Below, piece after piece: positions 26,396 to 36,261 of a stretch of DNA of 64,000 bases; the first letter of the stretch is position 1; every line of letters starts with the position of its first letter. A program made the translations under genes and the position numbers. This stretch comes from a virus (Duplodnaviria; Caudoviricetes). The notes beneath the pieces are model-generated. The model saw nothing but the letters and a program-made list of their open reading frames with translations. It was not told where the DNA came from and did not search any database. The stretch is from positions 32,001 through 96,000 of IMG/VR virus record IMGVR_UViG_3300015608_002132. One strand, written 5' to 3'.

Positions 26396-26810
26396 ACGTC
26401 TTGATGGCGTTGTTTTGGTTGAGTGTCTTGGCGTAGTCTTCTGTCAGAACCAGAACAGTTTCGCTGCCATTGATCTTGCGTTGGTAAGGCGTAAAGTCCA
26501 TGGTGTTCAAGCAATTACGCAGCTTGCCTTCGCTGTCATAACCAGCGTACAAGTCGAAATAGTACATGAGCCGCTCAAAGGCAGACACATGCAATGACAT
26601 CGGAATGATGTTGGATGTGGGCATATGTCTGGCGACGGCCTCAGCGATATATTGTTCGGCATCAACCAGGACCATGTCCTGGCGATCACCCACGTAGACC
26701 GCGTAACGCTTGGCCAGCAGCTTCTCACGAAGTTTACGTTCTGATGCGTGGCCACCAAAGTTGCGGCAGTCGCGAATGATCGCCTCAACGACAGACGGAT
26801 GAAATCTCAC
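26382..26810 (-). CDS. hypothetical protein
   Basis: 142 aa, overlapping start/stop. Confidence 0.7.
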   Translation of the reverse strand: MRFHPSVVEAIIRDCRNFGGHASERKLREKLLAKRYAVYVGDRQDMVLVDAEQYIAEAVARHMPTSNIIPMSLHVSAFERLMYYFDLYAGYDSEGKLRNCLNTMDFTPYQRKINGSETVLVLTEDYAKTLNQNNAIKTFVAR

Positions 26811-27319
26811 TGTACGTCGCCTTTCTTATCGGTGCCCTGTACGGCCCCCATCTTGACAAGTTGTTCGTAGATCTTTGCGCGTTCTTCTTGCGTTTTAAGG
26901 GCATCTGCCGCCATCTTGTTGGCATTTTCTACAACACGATTCAGCATGTCCGTACCGTCCTTGCGCGCCTTGTCAATTGGTTTCAGCCCAAGCCCTTCAC
27001 GGATCTTGTCAACCGCGACCTTCATGTCGAGCTCTGGGAATTGTTCGGCAAGTACCTCCTCGATGTACTTGAAGTCGACGTACATGTGAGGATGTGGACC
27101 ATCCATTATCTCCTCTGGTCTACCACGGTCCCCGACCTCGTATTCCCCAGTCGACTTGTATTCCATCAAGAACAGACCAACTGGCATATCCTTGTCCTTT
27201 GGAATGTTGACGTATGGAATCGGAGACACACGTTCACCCGGATAGTTTGGTGACTCGTAAAGGATTTCAGGAATTGACGATAGCTTCCTGTTTGCTTTCA
27301 CTTTTGCGTTGACTGTCAT
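26807..27319 (-). CDS. hypothetical protein
   Basis: 170 aa with AGGA SD. Confidence 0.75.
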   Translation of the reverse strand: MTVNAKVKANRKLSSIPEILYESPNYPGERVSPIPYVNIPKDKDMPVGLFLMEYKSTGEYEVGDRGRPEEIMDGPHPHMYVDFKYIEEVLAEQFPELDMKVAVDKIREGLGLKPIDKARKDGTDMLNRVVENANKMAADALKTQEERAKIYEQLVKMGAVQGTDKKGDVQ

Positions 27320-27349
27320 GTTGTATCCTGCGTATCCTTCTTATCTTGT

Positions 27350-27565
27350 TTAGTCGTTGCCCAGGTTGATCACTGTGGATTTAATGCTTGTTGGAATACC
27401 GCGCACTGGGATAAACCATCGTCGTTCTACCACGTGCGGTGGCAAGGCTTGCTTGTCTGTTTCGGTAATACCAAGAGCCTGTCGCACGCTAGCGATATAC
27501 TCGCCTACATCTTGCGTTGGGATGCCATCAACGTTGACATAAAACGTTGTTTGCAAGAGCCTCAC
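27350..27565 (-). CDS. hypothetical protein
   Basis: 71 aa, coupled to the upstream gene. Confidence 0.6.
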   Translation of the reverse strand: MRLLQTTFYVNVDGIPTQDVGEYIASVRQALGITETDKQALPPHVVERRWFIPVRGIPTSIKSTVINLGND

Positions 27566-27861
27566 ATGTCCTCGCTTACGTCACCTTCAAGGACGCGAAG
27601 AAACAGGTCGAAGTAGTGCTTGTGCTGGACTTTCTTTTTGAGATCGACCAGTTTAAGCGCCAGCTTCAGGGTCTTGGTGTCGAGCTTTTTTGAGTATTCG
27701 TCGACCAGCTCCTTCTTTTGCTCACGAAGCTCGGCCTCTTCGTTTTCGAGCTGCCTCATCCTGTCAACAAACTCAACCACGATTGGTTTAAGGTCGTTGA
27801 TGTTCTCCGGCATTGCGTCGGCATCGTCGAGTTCCGCTTGCTTCTTGTTGTACCTTGCCAT
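27562..27861 (-). CDS. GapR/DUF2312/T4 DsbA-like dsDNA-binding protein
   Basis: EFVDRMRQLENEEAELREQKKELVDEY...LDTKTLKLALKL. Confidence 0.75.
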   Translation of the reverse strand: MARYNKKQAELDDADAMPENINDLKPIVVEFVDRMRQLENEEAELREQKKELVDEYSKKLDTKTLKLALKLVDLKKKVQHKHYFDLFLRVLEGDVSEDM

Positions 27862-28005
27862 GATGTGCTCCGTGTTGCTTTGTGCTGTTCCTCTCTTCGT
27901 AGTTGATCGAAGTGAGAAAACACAGCTAGCAGCATGGTCTGTGGGGCAACGGTATATTGTATAGCATCACACAGCCGAACGGCTGGTCGTGATTGTCGTT
28001 AAAGT

Positions 28006-29160
28006 CTACTGTAGCTTGGCAGCCGACGCTGTTGCCACAGATGAAATCTTGGCTTGTGCGGTCTTGCTTGCCGAACTGGTCGCGAGCTTTTTGGTACGCA
28101 TGATCTGGTTCATGCTCGCCGATGCCATCTTACCAGCGTTCGTCCTGTAAGCCGCCAACTCTTGTTGTGTAACTGGCAGTTTTCCAGTCTTAACACCGCT
28201 GGCAATGTCATTGTTGATGCGTGTAAAGATCGACGCCGCCGCTGGTAGTGACCTCTCCATAAAAGACTTTTCACCAGCAAGGCCGTCGTCGGATGAAGCG
28301 GCGCCAACCATGATCTCACGAGCAGCAGAGGCGAAGTCGTTGCCATACTTTTGCTGCAACCTGTCGATCAGTTCCTTGTCGAGCTTCGGAACGCCGCCGC
28401 CAAGGCCCTCCATAATCGATTTTGGGGCGGTGCTGCGATAGATGGCAGAAAACCCAGGAACACCACCAACACGCCTTAGATAATCCTTATGGCGAACATA
28501 GTCACCAAGAGTGCCTGGGTCTCTTATGTCTGGTTCTTCAATCAGCCGGTTGATGACGTGTCCAACGACGCCGCCAGATATAACGTTGGCAATAGACAAG
28601 GCTGCATCAATTCCACGCCCGGCCGCAATTGAGTTTGTTAGCACACTATAAGGAGCCAAGAAGAACCCAAACCCCATCAGGTCTGGCTTGATCGCGTTCC
28701 ACCCGGAATCAAACCCTGACAGCTCGGCTTCAAACTGTTGGTTGATAGCCTTCATCGCCGTCTGTTCCCAGTGCAACATCTTCTTGCCGATGTACTCGAC
28801 GGCAACCGGGTTGTTAAACGGCAGCATGGCTGCGAACGTGCCACCAATCAGTGTGCCAACGGTGGATACCAGCTGGGTACCGAGCTTCGCTGCGCCGCGC
28901 TTTAAGATGTTCCAGATGTCCCGCATTGCGGTAAATCCCATTGCACCGAACAGGCCCTTGCGATCCCACATGCTGCCAGTCGGTCCAGTGTTATAGCCAC
29001 CACCGCCTGACCCATAGTTCGGATCAACGCCGTAGCCATCCTCATATCCAGGATCGCCACCAAACTGTTCAACCAACGCCATGTCAATCTCTTCCGAGAT
29101 CAGTGCTTTGAGCACGTTGGCGCGGGCCTCTCTTAGCTTTTCGGCGTTACTTCTTGTCAT
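28006..29160 (-). CDS. hypothetical virion-associated protein
   Basis: LKALISEEI N-terminal helix, Gly-rich linker, hydrophobic helices. Confidence 0.7.
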   Translation of the reverse strand: MTRSNAEKLREARANVLKALISEEIDMALVEQFGGDPGYEDGYGVDPNYGSGGGGYNTGPTGSMWDRKGLFGAMGFTAMRDIWNILKRGAAKLGTQLVSTVGTLIGGTFAAMLPFNNPVAVEYIGKKMLHWEQTAMKAINQQFEAELSGFDSGWNAIKPDLMGFGFFLAPYSVLTNSIAAGRGIDAALSIANVISGGVVGHVINRLIEEPDIRDPGTLGDYVRHKDYLRRVGGVPGFSAIYRSTAPKSIMEGLGGGVPKLDKELIDRLQQKYGNDFASAAREIMVGAASSDDGLAGEKSFMERSLPAAASIFTRINNDIASGVKTGKLPVTQQELAAYRTNAGKMASASMNQIMRTKKLATSSASKTAQAKISSVATASAAKLQ

Positions 29161-29513
29161 TTGGCAGCCATTGTCTTCTTTTGTGCTTCAAGCTCTTGCT
29201 GTACGCGCTGTTTACCGCCGTTGAGCCCCCAGCCACGTGGTCTGTGAACCCACTCCGGGTTGTGCAGTTTCTTCGGGTCAACGGTCAGCCGTACTCCAGT
29301 TATTGAGTACCAATAGTTCATCACCTCATTGTCAAACGCGTTGATTATGATTTTTAGTGTATGACTGTGTCGTCTGCCAAGGCCAACGTTGTTTTTGCCA
29401 ACTGGTAGTGTACGAAGGATCTCCATCTTGACACGAAGCCAATCATTGGTGGCTGTACCAACATATTCAGCAACATAGTCTATGCGTTCCTTCATAAAAT
29501 CAGGGATCGCCAT
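29157..29513 (-). CDS. hypothetical protein
   Basis: 118 aa; TACTTA 6 nt before ATG. Confidence 0.7.
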   Translation of the reverse strand: MAIPDFMKERIDYVAEYVGTATNDWLRVKMEILRTLPVGKNNVGLGRRHSHTLKIIINAFDNEVMNYWYSITGVRLTVDPKKLHNPEWVHRPRGWGLNGGKQRVQQELEAQKKTMAAK

Positions 29514-29519
29514 GATTGC

Positions 29520-29525
29520 TAAGTA
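29520..29525. promoter_or_regulatory. TAnnTA late-promoter box shared by divergent genes
   Basis: TAAGTA/TACTTA in the 38-nt gap between 29513(-) and 29552(+). Confidence 0.55.
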
Positions 29526-29551
29526 TCCAAGAGAGAAGCGCTGACAGATAT

Positions 29552-32152
29552 ATGGCTGACCTACCGGACAATCGTGAACGTACGTTTTATCAGAGACTCA
29601 ATCGACTGTTCAGGTCTGGCCCGGCAATTAGGCGAAAGATCAAAGGGCAAGACTACAAGAACTTCTATGACAATCAGGTAGTCCAGAACAACCTTGGTTA
29701 TTATGGGGCCTCCGCGTTCAAGCGCGAAGCGTCGCCATTCTCCACGATGGGCGCGTATGGAATGCTCGATAGAATGAGCAGGTACGCAGAGTTTTCCGAG
29801 ATGGACTCAAGCTGTGCTGAAGTCGCCTCAGCACTGAACGTCTACGCTGACGAGAGCTGTGCGTCGGACGAGAACGGCAAAGTGTTTCATGTCTTCTCAG
29901 AGAACCCACAGGTCCAGAAGGCGCTTGAAGAACTGTTTTTTGATGTTCTGGACATCGAGTTCAATGGCAGGAGGATGATCCGGAACCTTGTCAAGAATGG
30001 TGATTATTTCTGTTACGTTGAGGTTGTTCCTGATTATGGAGTGATCAACGTTGAGCCTCTACCCGTCAATGAAGTTGAACGCGAGGAAGGGTTCGATAAA
30101 CACGACCCTTACGCTGTGAGGTTCAGGCTCATGAGTCGCGGCGGCAAGTACCTTGAGAACTGGCAAATGATGCACATGCGGATCTTGGGCAACGACATGT
30201 TCCTACCGTATGGAATGTCGTTCCTTGAGTCTGCCAGGAGACCATGGAGACAACTATGTCATCTTTCTGGTACACGTGTGTTAATGGCAGATGGCAGCCA
30301 TAAAAATATCGAAGATGTCGTAGCTGGAGATACCGTGTGGACCCACATACCGGATCTGGCTCATTCTATTACAACGACAGTAAAACGTGTGTTGCCAATG
30401 GGAGTTCAGCCGATCGTCGAGGTAAGAGCTGGCAGTCGCTCGATCAAGGTAACACCAAATCACGGCCTGCTTGTCAAGACACCGGAAGGCAAGTTCATAT
30501 ACAAACAGGCAAGCAAGATTGTTGTCGGTTCTGATTGTCTGGTAGCACCGATCATTGATATACCACGACCTTTTATCATGATTGATTGTATGCGCAACTG
30601 CGCCGAATACCCGGTGGTTGATTCTATCACAGAATCAGATCGCGGTCAGACGTGGGATCTTGAGGTCGAACACACCGAACACAACTTTGTTGCGAATGGC
30701 ATTGTGACACACAACACAATGCTCGAAGACTCCATGCTCGTTTATCGTCTTGTAAGGTCGCCGGAGCGTCGTGTGTTCTATGTTGACGTTTCAGCCGTGC
30801 ACCCAAACGATATTCCATCTTATATGGAAGCCGTCAAGGAGTCGATGAGAGGCACATCGATTATCGAGCAACAAACAGGGCGGCAAGACTACCGGTATAA
30901 CCCCATGGCCGTTCTCGATGACTACTTCATCCCGTCCAGGCCCAACGGTCAAACAAAGATCGAGTCACTGGCCGGTGGTCAAAACATAACAGCCACAGAA
31001 GATGTTGAGTATATTCTCCGGAAGTTGATTGCCGCCTTGATGGTACCCAAGGCTTACCTGACATACGACGAGGCCATCAGCTCAAAGTCTACGCTAGCCC
31101 AGGAAGACATCAGGTTCTCAAGAACAATTGCCACCGTGCAGAAGATTGTCGTGGCAGAGCTTAACAAGCTGGCCATGATTCACCTGTTTGCTTTGGGATT
31201 CTCAGGAGAAGACCTGATCAACTTCAACTTGTCGTTCTCAAACCCCTCGACCGTAGCGGTGCAGCAAAAACTGGCGCTGATCTCATCCAAGATTGAAATA
31301 GCTGGTAAGGCATGGGATCTGGGCAAGGAGACAGGAATGGTTTCTATGCCTTACATCCAAAAGGAGATTCTTGGGTTCAGGCCAGAACAGATTGCTCAGA
31401 TAAGAAGCGAAGCTCGACAAGACCAGATTGACATTGCAGAGCTGGCAGCCTTGGCCGAGAACCCGCCGTACGACAATTCACAAGACTCGGCCGTGGACAT
31501 ATTCGACAAGTCAAACTACCAAGTACCGACGTCTCCGTATGCGCCTGATCCAAAGGGACTAGCCGACGTTGAAAGACAGAACCAGGACTCTGAACGTTCC
31601 ATCATGGCCGCAAGAGCCAAAGAACGCGCTGAGCGCGAAGGTAGAACGAGCAAGTCACCGGCAACTTTGGGTGGTAGAACGACTCCTATCAAGTTCAACG
31701 CAACGCCATCACGTAATCGGTCCAAAGAGTTTACTGGGGCACGCGCTTTGGCTATGCCAGACTTCAAGGCAATGCTTGATCCTGCCAACAAGTACAACCG
31801 TGACGTGTTTGGTGGTGTCGGCGGCAAGATCCTTGAAGAGAAGGACATTGCAGCTGGGCTTGGTGTTGCTGTGAGTGATGGTGTTAGCAACGGTGTTATT
31901 CCGTATGGAATAAACAGGTCAATGCAGTCGACTTTCAAGAGAATGCACGAGTCTTTCCGCAGGCAGTCTGATGCGGCAAAAGTCACGGCACTGACCAGCG
32001 AGAAACAAAGGATGGTCCTTGAGCAGTTCGACGTGACCGAAGAAGAAGGTGCCGACAGCGTTGCCGGTGTTGATGTCGACTTGTCGAACGATGATGACTC
32101 ATCGATCGTGTCTGTTGACTTGATCGCCGAATCTATCCTGGGCGATGACTGA
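29552..32152 (+). CDS. portal protein (T4 gp20-like) with mini-intein and long C-terminal tail
   Basis: ALNVYADE, PYGMSFLESARRPWRQL, MLEDSMLVYRLVRSPERRVFYVDV, DDYFIP, EDIRFSRTI. Confidence 0.95.
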   Translation: MADLPDNRERTFYQRLNRLFRSGPAIRRKIKGQDYKNFYDNQVVQNNLGYYGASAFKREASPFSTMGAYGMLDRMSRYAEFSEMDSSCAEVASALNVYADESCASDENGKVFHVFSENPQVQKALEELFFDVLDIEFNGRRMIRNLVKNGDYFCYVEVVPDYGVINVEPLPVNEVEREEGFDKHDPYAVRFRLMSRGGKYLENWQMMHMRILGNDMFLPYGMSFLESARRPWRQLCHLSGTRVLMADGSHKNIEDVVAGDTVWTHIPDLAHSITTTVKRVLPMGVQPIVEVRAGSRSIKVTPNHGLLVKTPEGKFIYKQASKIVVGSDCLVAPIIDIPRPFIMIDCMRNCAEYPVVDSITESDRGQTWDLEVEHTEHNFVANGIVTHNTMLEDSMLVYRLVRSPERRVFYVDVSAVHPNDIPSYMEAVKESMRGTSIIEQQTGRQDYRYNPMAVLDDYFIPSRPNGQTKIESLAGGQNITATEDVEYILRKLIAALMVPKAYLTYDEAISSKSTLAQEDIRFSRTIATVQKIVVAELNKLAMIHLFALGFSGEDLINFNLSFSNPSTVAVQQKLALISSKIEIAGKAWDLGKETGMVSMPYIQKEILGFRPEQIAQIRSEARQDQIDIAELAALAENPPYDNSQDSAVDIFDKSNYQVPTSPYAPDPKGLADVERQNQDSERSIMAARAKERAEREGRTSKSPATLGGRTTPIKFNATPSRNRSKEFTGARALAMPDFKAMLDPANKYNRDVFGGVGGKILEEKDIAAGLGVAVSDGVSNGVIPYGINRSMQSTFKRMHESFRRQSDAAKVTALTSEKQRMVLEQFDVTEEEGADSVAGVDVDLSNDDDSSIVSVDLIAESILGDD
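30257..30715 (+). mobile_element. mini-intein (153 aa, no endonuclease)
   Basis: WRQL|CHLSGTRVLMADG ... VTPNH ... HNFVANGIVTHN|TMLED. Confidence 0.94.
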
Positions 32153-32235
32153 TACTTAAAAATCAGGCCGTGCGCAGGCAGATATCTTGAATATAGCTGT
32201 GATGCGGGTAGCAAAGTCAAAGTCAGTCAAACACC

Positions 32236-33219
32236 ATGCACCAGTACACGACTACAGTTCCGAAGCAACACCAGCTCAAACACAACAAGAAGAGGAACGT
32301 TGGGCTCTTATATGAGTTCTTTGCCAGATATATCGGCAAAGCCATATTGGACAGCAACGACTCTGATATCGTTAAAAGCAAGGCGTTGCTTCGCAAGCAC
32401 TTCAACAAGAGCACTGACATCTACAAGGAATTGAGGTTGTTCAAGGCCCTGTCGGAAGCTCGTGTGTCAAGTCGCGACCAAGCCGTTCACTTGATTAATC
32501 GTGTCCGTGAGGCCGTTAAGACGCAAAGCCAAGCGCGTCTTGACATGGAAAAGACATCACTAATCAGAGAAGTGTCCGAGACGCTGAATGCCGAGCGGTT
32601 CTTCTCGGAAAACATCCAGGACTACAAGAGACTGGCCACAATCCAGTGCCTGCTCAACACGTGGAGAGATGAGGCTTTAAAGGAGTCCGTCGCGGAAACG
32701 GTGTTTCTTGAAGAGAGACTGATTGAGTCGATGATGGTTGGCTCTGGTGCAAATATCGACGGCAAGCACTCAACGGCTCTGATGTCCTCTGACACGGCCA
32801 TGTCAATGACCACAGAAGACGTAGACAGATTGGTGGTCAACATCATGACTGAGAAAGTGAACGAGCGCTATGCCGACCTATCTCGTGAACAAAAAGACCT
32901 GATACGCCTGTACGTGTTCAGTCAAAACAACGATAACACAACCGGTAACTCCGAGCTGTCCAACAAGCTCCAAGAGATCAGGGACAGAGTCAACACGAAC
33001 ATCAAGAGACGGTCTTATGAGTTCAGCGAAGACAAGGCGCTGACAGGCAAACTGGACGAGGTCAAATCACTTATCTCATCGCCAGACGCAGAGTATTACG
33101 ACACCTCTTCTGTTAACGACGAGAAGATTGGTTTCTATCTTGGTCTGCTCAAGCTCAACGAGGAGATAACAGCACCGTCGCACAATGCTCATCAACGGAA
33201 CAGCAACAGCAGGCAGTGA
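32236..33219 (+). CDS. hypothetical head-morphogenesis-region protein
   Basis: 327 aa between portal and protease; TACTTA upstream. Confidence 0.8.
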   Translation: MHQYTTTVPKQHQLKHNKKRNVGLLYEFFARYIGKAILDSNDSDIVKSKALLRKHFNKSTDIYKELRLFKALSEARVSSRDQAVHLINRVREAVKTQSQARLDMEKTSLIREVSETLNAERFFSENIQDYKRLATIQCLLNTWRDEALKESVAETVFLEERLIESMMVGSGANIDGKHSTALMSSDTAMSMTTEDVDRLVVNIMTEKVNERYADLSREQKDLIRLYVFSQNNDNTTGNSELSNKLQEIRDRVNTNIKRRSYEFSEDKALTGKLDEVKSLISSPDAEYYDTSSVNDEKIGFYLGLLKLNEEITAPSHNAHQRNSNSRQ

Positions 33220-33235
33220 GGCTAGCACAAACATT

Positions 33236-33880
33236 ATGTCAGACGATAACACCAACAACAAGAAGCTGCTCCTGCTTAAAGAGTTTGCCACGTTCGAGTA
33301 CGACGAGGACGACGTAAAGAAGTTGGAGCCAGACAAGCCAATGATCCTCAAAGGGATCTTGCAGCGCGCCGACGCTCTCAATCAGAACGGCAGGGTATAC
33401 CCAAAGCACATCCTTGAGAGAGAAGTTCGGAACTACGAGAAGTTGATCAGGGAACGCCGTGCGTTCGGAGAGCTTGACCATGCCAACGAGGCCATTGTAA
33501 ACATGAAGAACGTGTGCCACATGGTCGAAGAGATATGGATGGATGGCGACACGGTATACGGCAAAGTTCAGATTCTTGATACGCCATGTGGCAACATCAT
33601 CAAAGCGATCATCAAGGCCGGTGGCAAGCCTGGGATTTCGTCACGGGCACTCGGGTCGCTCCGTGAGGAAAGGGGCGTAAAAGTAGTGCAAGACGACCTA
33701 CAGATTGTCTGTTGGGATTTTGTCTCTGAGCCCTCAACAAGCCTGGCTTTTATGCAATTAGAATCTAAACAGGTTAACGCAAGCCAGATCCGGTCGACAA
33801 TGTCGAAAAGTGACCTTGTAGACAGGGCTACGAACGATTTGCTTTGGCTCGTGAGACAAGCGCGAACCAGAGCTGCATAG
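33236..33880 (+). CDS. prohead core protease (T4 gp21-like)
   Basis: NQNGRVYP, GELDH, GISSRALGS, WDFVSEPS. Confidence 0.95.
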   Translation: MSDDNTNNKKLLLLKEFATFEYDEDDVKKLEPDKPMILKGILQRADALNQNGRVYPKHILEREVRNYEKLIRERRAFGELDHANEAIVNMKNVCHMVEEIWMDGDTVYGKVQILDTPCGNIIKAIIKAGGKPGISSRALGSLREERGVKVVQDDLQIVCWDFVSEPSTSLAFMQLESKQVNASQIRSTMSKSDLVDRATNDLLWLVRQARTRAA

Positions 33881-33932
33881 TTACATCTGTACCAACTACC
33901 ACCCCGCTACCACCCCTGGCGCACCCTGGCAG

Positions 33933-34865
33933 TTGATGCAGAAAGAACAAACGCGGCAATTCATGCAATTCTTCTATCAAGGCTTCTCAAACACGCCAGC
34001 AATCTACGAAATTCGCAACACAGTCACCAATCGTCGGTACGTTGGCCAAGCCAAGCAACCGAAAAACAGATGGGTGCGTGGCCACAAGCAATCGCTCTTG
34101 AACGGCAGACACTACAATCGATATTTGCAGAACGACTTTAACAAGTGTTTCATTGAAGAAGGGCATACTGATTTCCTTGAGTTTCATATCATTGAGCCAC
34201 TCCCTGGCGCCACAAGAGCATTGATGAATGAGAGGGAGTGTTACTGGATCAAGGAGAGAGCCAAGGAATTTGCTCTTTACAATGGAGTTGGCGGTGGATC
34301 GGCGCATGAAGTCGGCAGGGAGACCAGGGCAAAGATCAGTGAAGCCAAGAAGTCGTACTACAAAACATCCGAAGGCAAAGCCTTGATTGACAAGCTGGCA
34401 AGCGCCAAGGCCGGTAAAACCTACGAGCAACTATACGGCGATGACAAGGCCGCTGAGATCCGTCAGAAGATATCAGAGAACAAGCTCGTCGAGATGAACA
34501 GACCAGAGGTAAAAGCGAACCTCTCAAAGCTGCTCAAGGGAAAGACAGACGTTGAGCGGTTTGGTGCCGAGAAGGCTGCTATTGTTGCTGCGAAGAGGAG
34601 CCTGAAGCGGAAGGGCAAGTACACCGGTAAGGACAACTCCAGGTTTGTTGTGATCGAGAACGTGCGGCTCGTGTCACCTGACGGCACCGTATATACCAAG
34701 ATCGAAGGTATCAAGGAGTTTGCACTGGAGCATGGGCTCAGACCGAACCACCTTTGCGAGCTGCTTCACCACAAGAGGAAAACCCACGCAGGATGGGCGG
34801 TGTGTACGTCGGAAAACGAACAGGAACAGCAACACACAAAGGACCCGGTCGCCGTCGCCTGCTGA
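33933..34865 (+). CDS. GIY-YIG homing endonuclease, free-standing
   Basis: AIYEIRN...RYVGQA, R...H, ERE, YN; NUMOD-like repeats. Confidence 0.9.
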   Translation: MMQKEQTRQFMQFFYQGFSNTPAIYEIRNTVTNRRYVGQAKQPKNRWVRGHKQSLLNGRHYNRYLQNDFNKCFIEEGHTDFLEFHIIEPLPGATRALMNERECYWIKERAKEFALYNGVGGGSAHEVGRETRAKISEAKKSYYKTSEGKALIDKLASAKAGKTYEQLYGDDKAAEIRQKISENKLVEMNRPEVKANLSKLLKGKTDVERFGAEKAAIVAAKRSLKRKGKYTGKDNSRFVVIENVRLVSPDGTVYTKIEGIKEFALEHGLRPNHLCELLHHKRKTHAGWAVCTSENEQEQQHTKDPVAVAC

Positions 34866-34970
34866 CCGCACTGCGTTGGTATATTATTTCGTGACTGATT
34901 TCAATCGCCGGGCGGCTTACCTATAATCATCGTTGTCCTCACACAAAGTCAGTAGTTGAAGAAAGCCATC

Positions 34971-35567
34971 ATGAAAGTTACCAAGTCTGACCTGAAAAAC
35001 ATCATCAAGGAATGCCTGACAGAGATGATCTCTGATGGCTCTTTGAACTCCGCAATCTCTGCCGTGATCACTGAACAGGTCGCCATGCAAAACCCAGTGA
35101 TTCGTTCGGCTGCCATGGCCGCTGGCGGTGGTAACCCACAACAGACGAGCATCATGGGTCAGATCTTCGCTGATACGGCGATGAATCATGGCAACGATGA
35201 AGCTGTTGCAATGTCACGCCTCTCAAACACCATGGCAATTCAACAGCAGATGGCGTTCCCAGCCCAGCAGCAGGTAATGATGGGCATGCCACAACAGCAA
35301 ATGCTAATGCAAGAAGGCATGCCCGGCTTTGGTCTGAGTATGCCGAGAAATCAACTGCCGCCAGCGGACCCAAACGCCATGGCACAGTTCCAAGCACAAC
35401 AAAACATGGCGGTTCAACACCACCAGCAGCAGAGCCCGTTTGTTAGCAACTGGGCTAGACTGGCGTTCAACTCACCAATTTCCAATCGTCCCAAGTCTGG
35501 TGCCGCTGGCGGGTCTGGTGGGTTCTTGCCGGGACAACGTACCGGTGGCCAGTTTGGCAATCTCTGA
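34971..35567 (+). CDS. Q/M-rich protein with capsid-targeting-like N-terminus
   Basis: MKVTKSDLKNIIKECLTE followed by low-complexity Q/M/P sequence. Confidence 0.75.
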   Translation: MKVTKSDLKNIIKECLTEMISDGSLNSAISAVITEQVAMQNPVIRSAAMAAGGGNPQQTSIMGQIFADTAMNHGNDEAVAMSRLSNTMAIQQQMAFPAQQQVMMGMPQQQMLMQEGMPGFGLSMPRNQLPPADPNAMAQFQAQQNMAVQHHQQQSPFVSNWARLAFNSPISNRPKSGAAGGSGGFLPGQRTGGQFGNL

Positions 35568-35635
35568 ACCCGATACACACACGTTCTTCACGACATAATG
35601 GTGGCTTCTAGTTATACCGCAGAGGTATAGCTGAT

Positions 35636-36214
35636 ATGTCTTCCACTGTCACGTACGAGATTTTTTCAAACAACGGCGAGGCGTTTGGTGACCGCGCCTA
35701 CTCAAGCAACCGAGAAGGTGGCATGGGGAGGGCAAACACTCCAAGCCTTAACCGAGCTTATAGCACATCTCCTATCTACAGCGGCCAGTACACGATCGAC
35801 GCGGCTCGTCGCGTGTTTGCTGCCTATAACGGTGAGAACGTCCAGTACGGTATGCAGATGTATCGCAGGAACTTTATCCCGTCAGGTGACAGCAGACCGG
35901 AGTACCAGGACCCGCGCAACAAACTAGCTACACCAACCGGTGCCGGTGGTCTGCCCGCAACACCATACTCTCCTAACGTCGTATCTCCAGGTGAAGGCAA
36001 CGGCAACGAGGCATCCCTTATCGCCACCGTCGATACCGGTACGCGTCCAGTAGGCGCCAGGACAAACGAACAGCTTAACCCCGCCTTGCCGCTTTACGAG
36101 AACCATGGTTCGGACGGCATAGGCAGTCAGGGTACTGGGGCGGTAACCGGCACAGTCCGGACGTTCAGGCTCGGTGTTGGGTCTGCATACCCACGTGACA
36201 ACAGCAATCCCTGA
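35636..36214 (+). CDS. hypothetical virion protein
   Basis: 192 aa, GAGG SD, TAGTTA upstream. Confidence 0.75.
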   Translation: MSSTVTYEIFSNNGEAFGDRAYSSNREGGMGRANTPSLNRAYSTSPIYSGQYTIDAARRVFAAYNGENVQYGMQMYRRNFIPSGDSRPEYQDPRNKLATPTGAGGLPATPYSPNVVSPGEGNGNEASLIATVDTGTRPVGARTNEQLNPALPLYENHGSDGIGSQGTGAVTGTVRTFRLGVGSAYPRDNSNP

Positions 36215-36261
36215 TTTTGGCGTCCTATATAAATTCAACACAAGAAGAGACGCGGAGAAAC

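Noticed and set aside
33896-33930. Short repeats ctaccacccc x2 and ccctggc x2
   Set aside because: Only two short copies each, with no interpretable structure.
33880-34970. Group I intron around the GIY-YIG genes
   Set aside because: The protease and MCP are complete with their own stops; the endonucleases are intergenic and I recognised no intron core.
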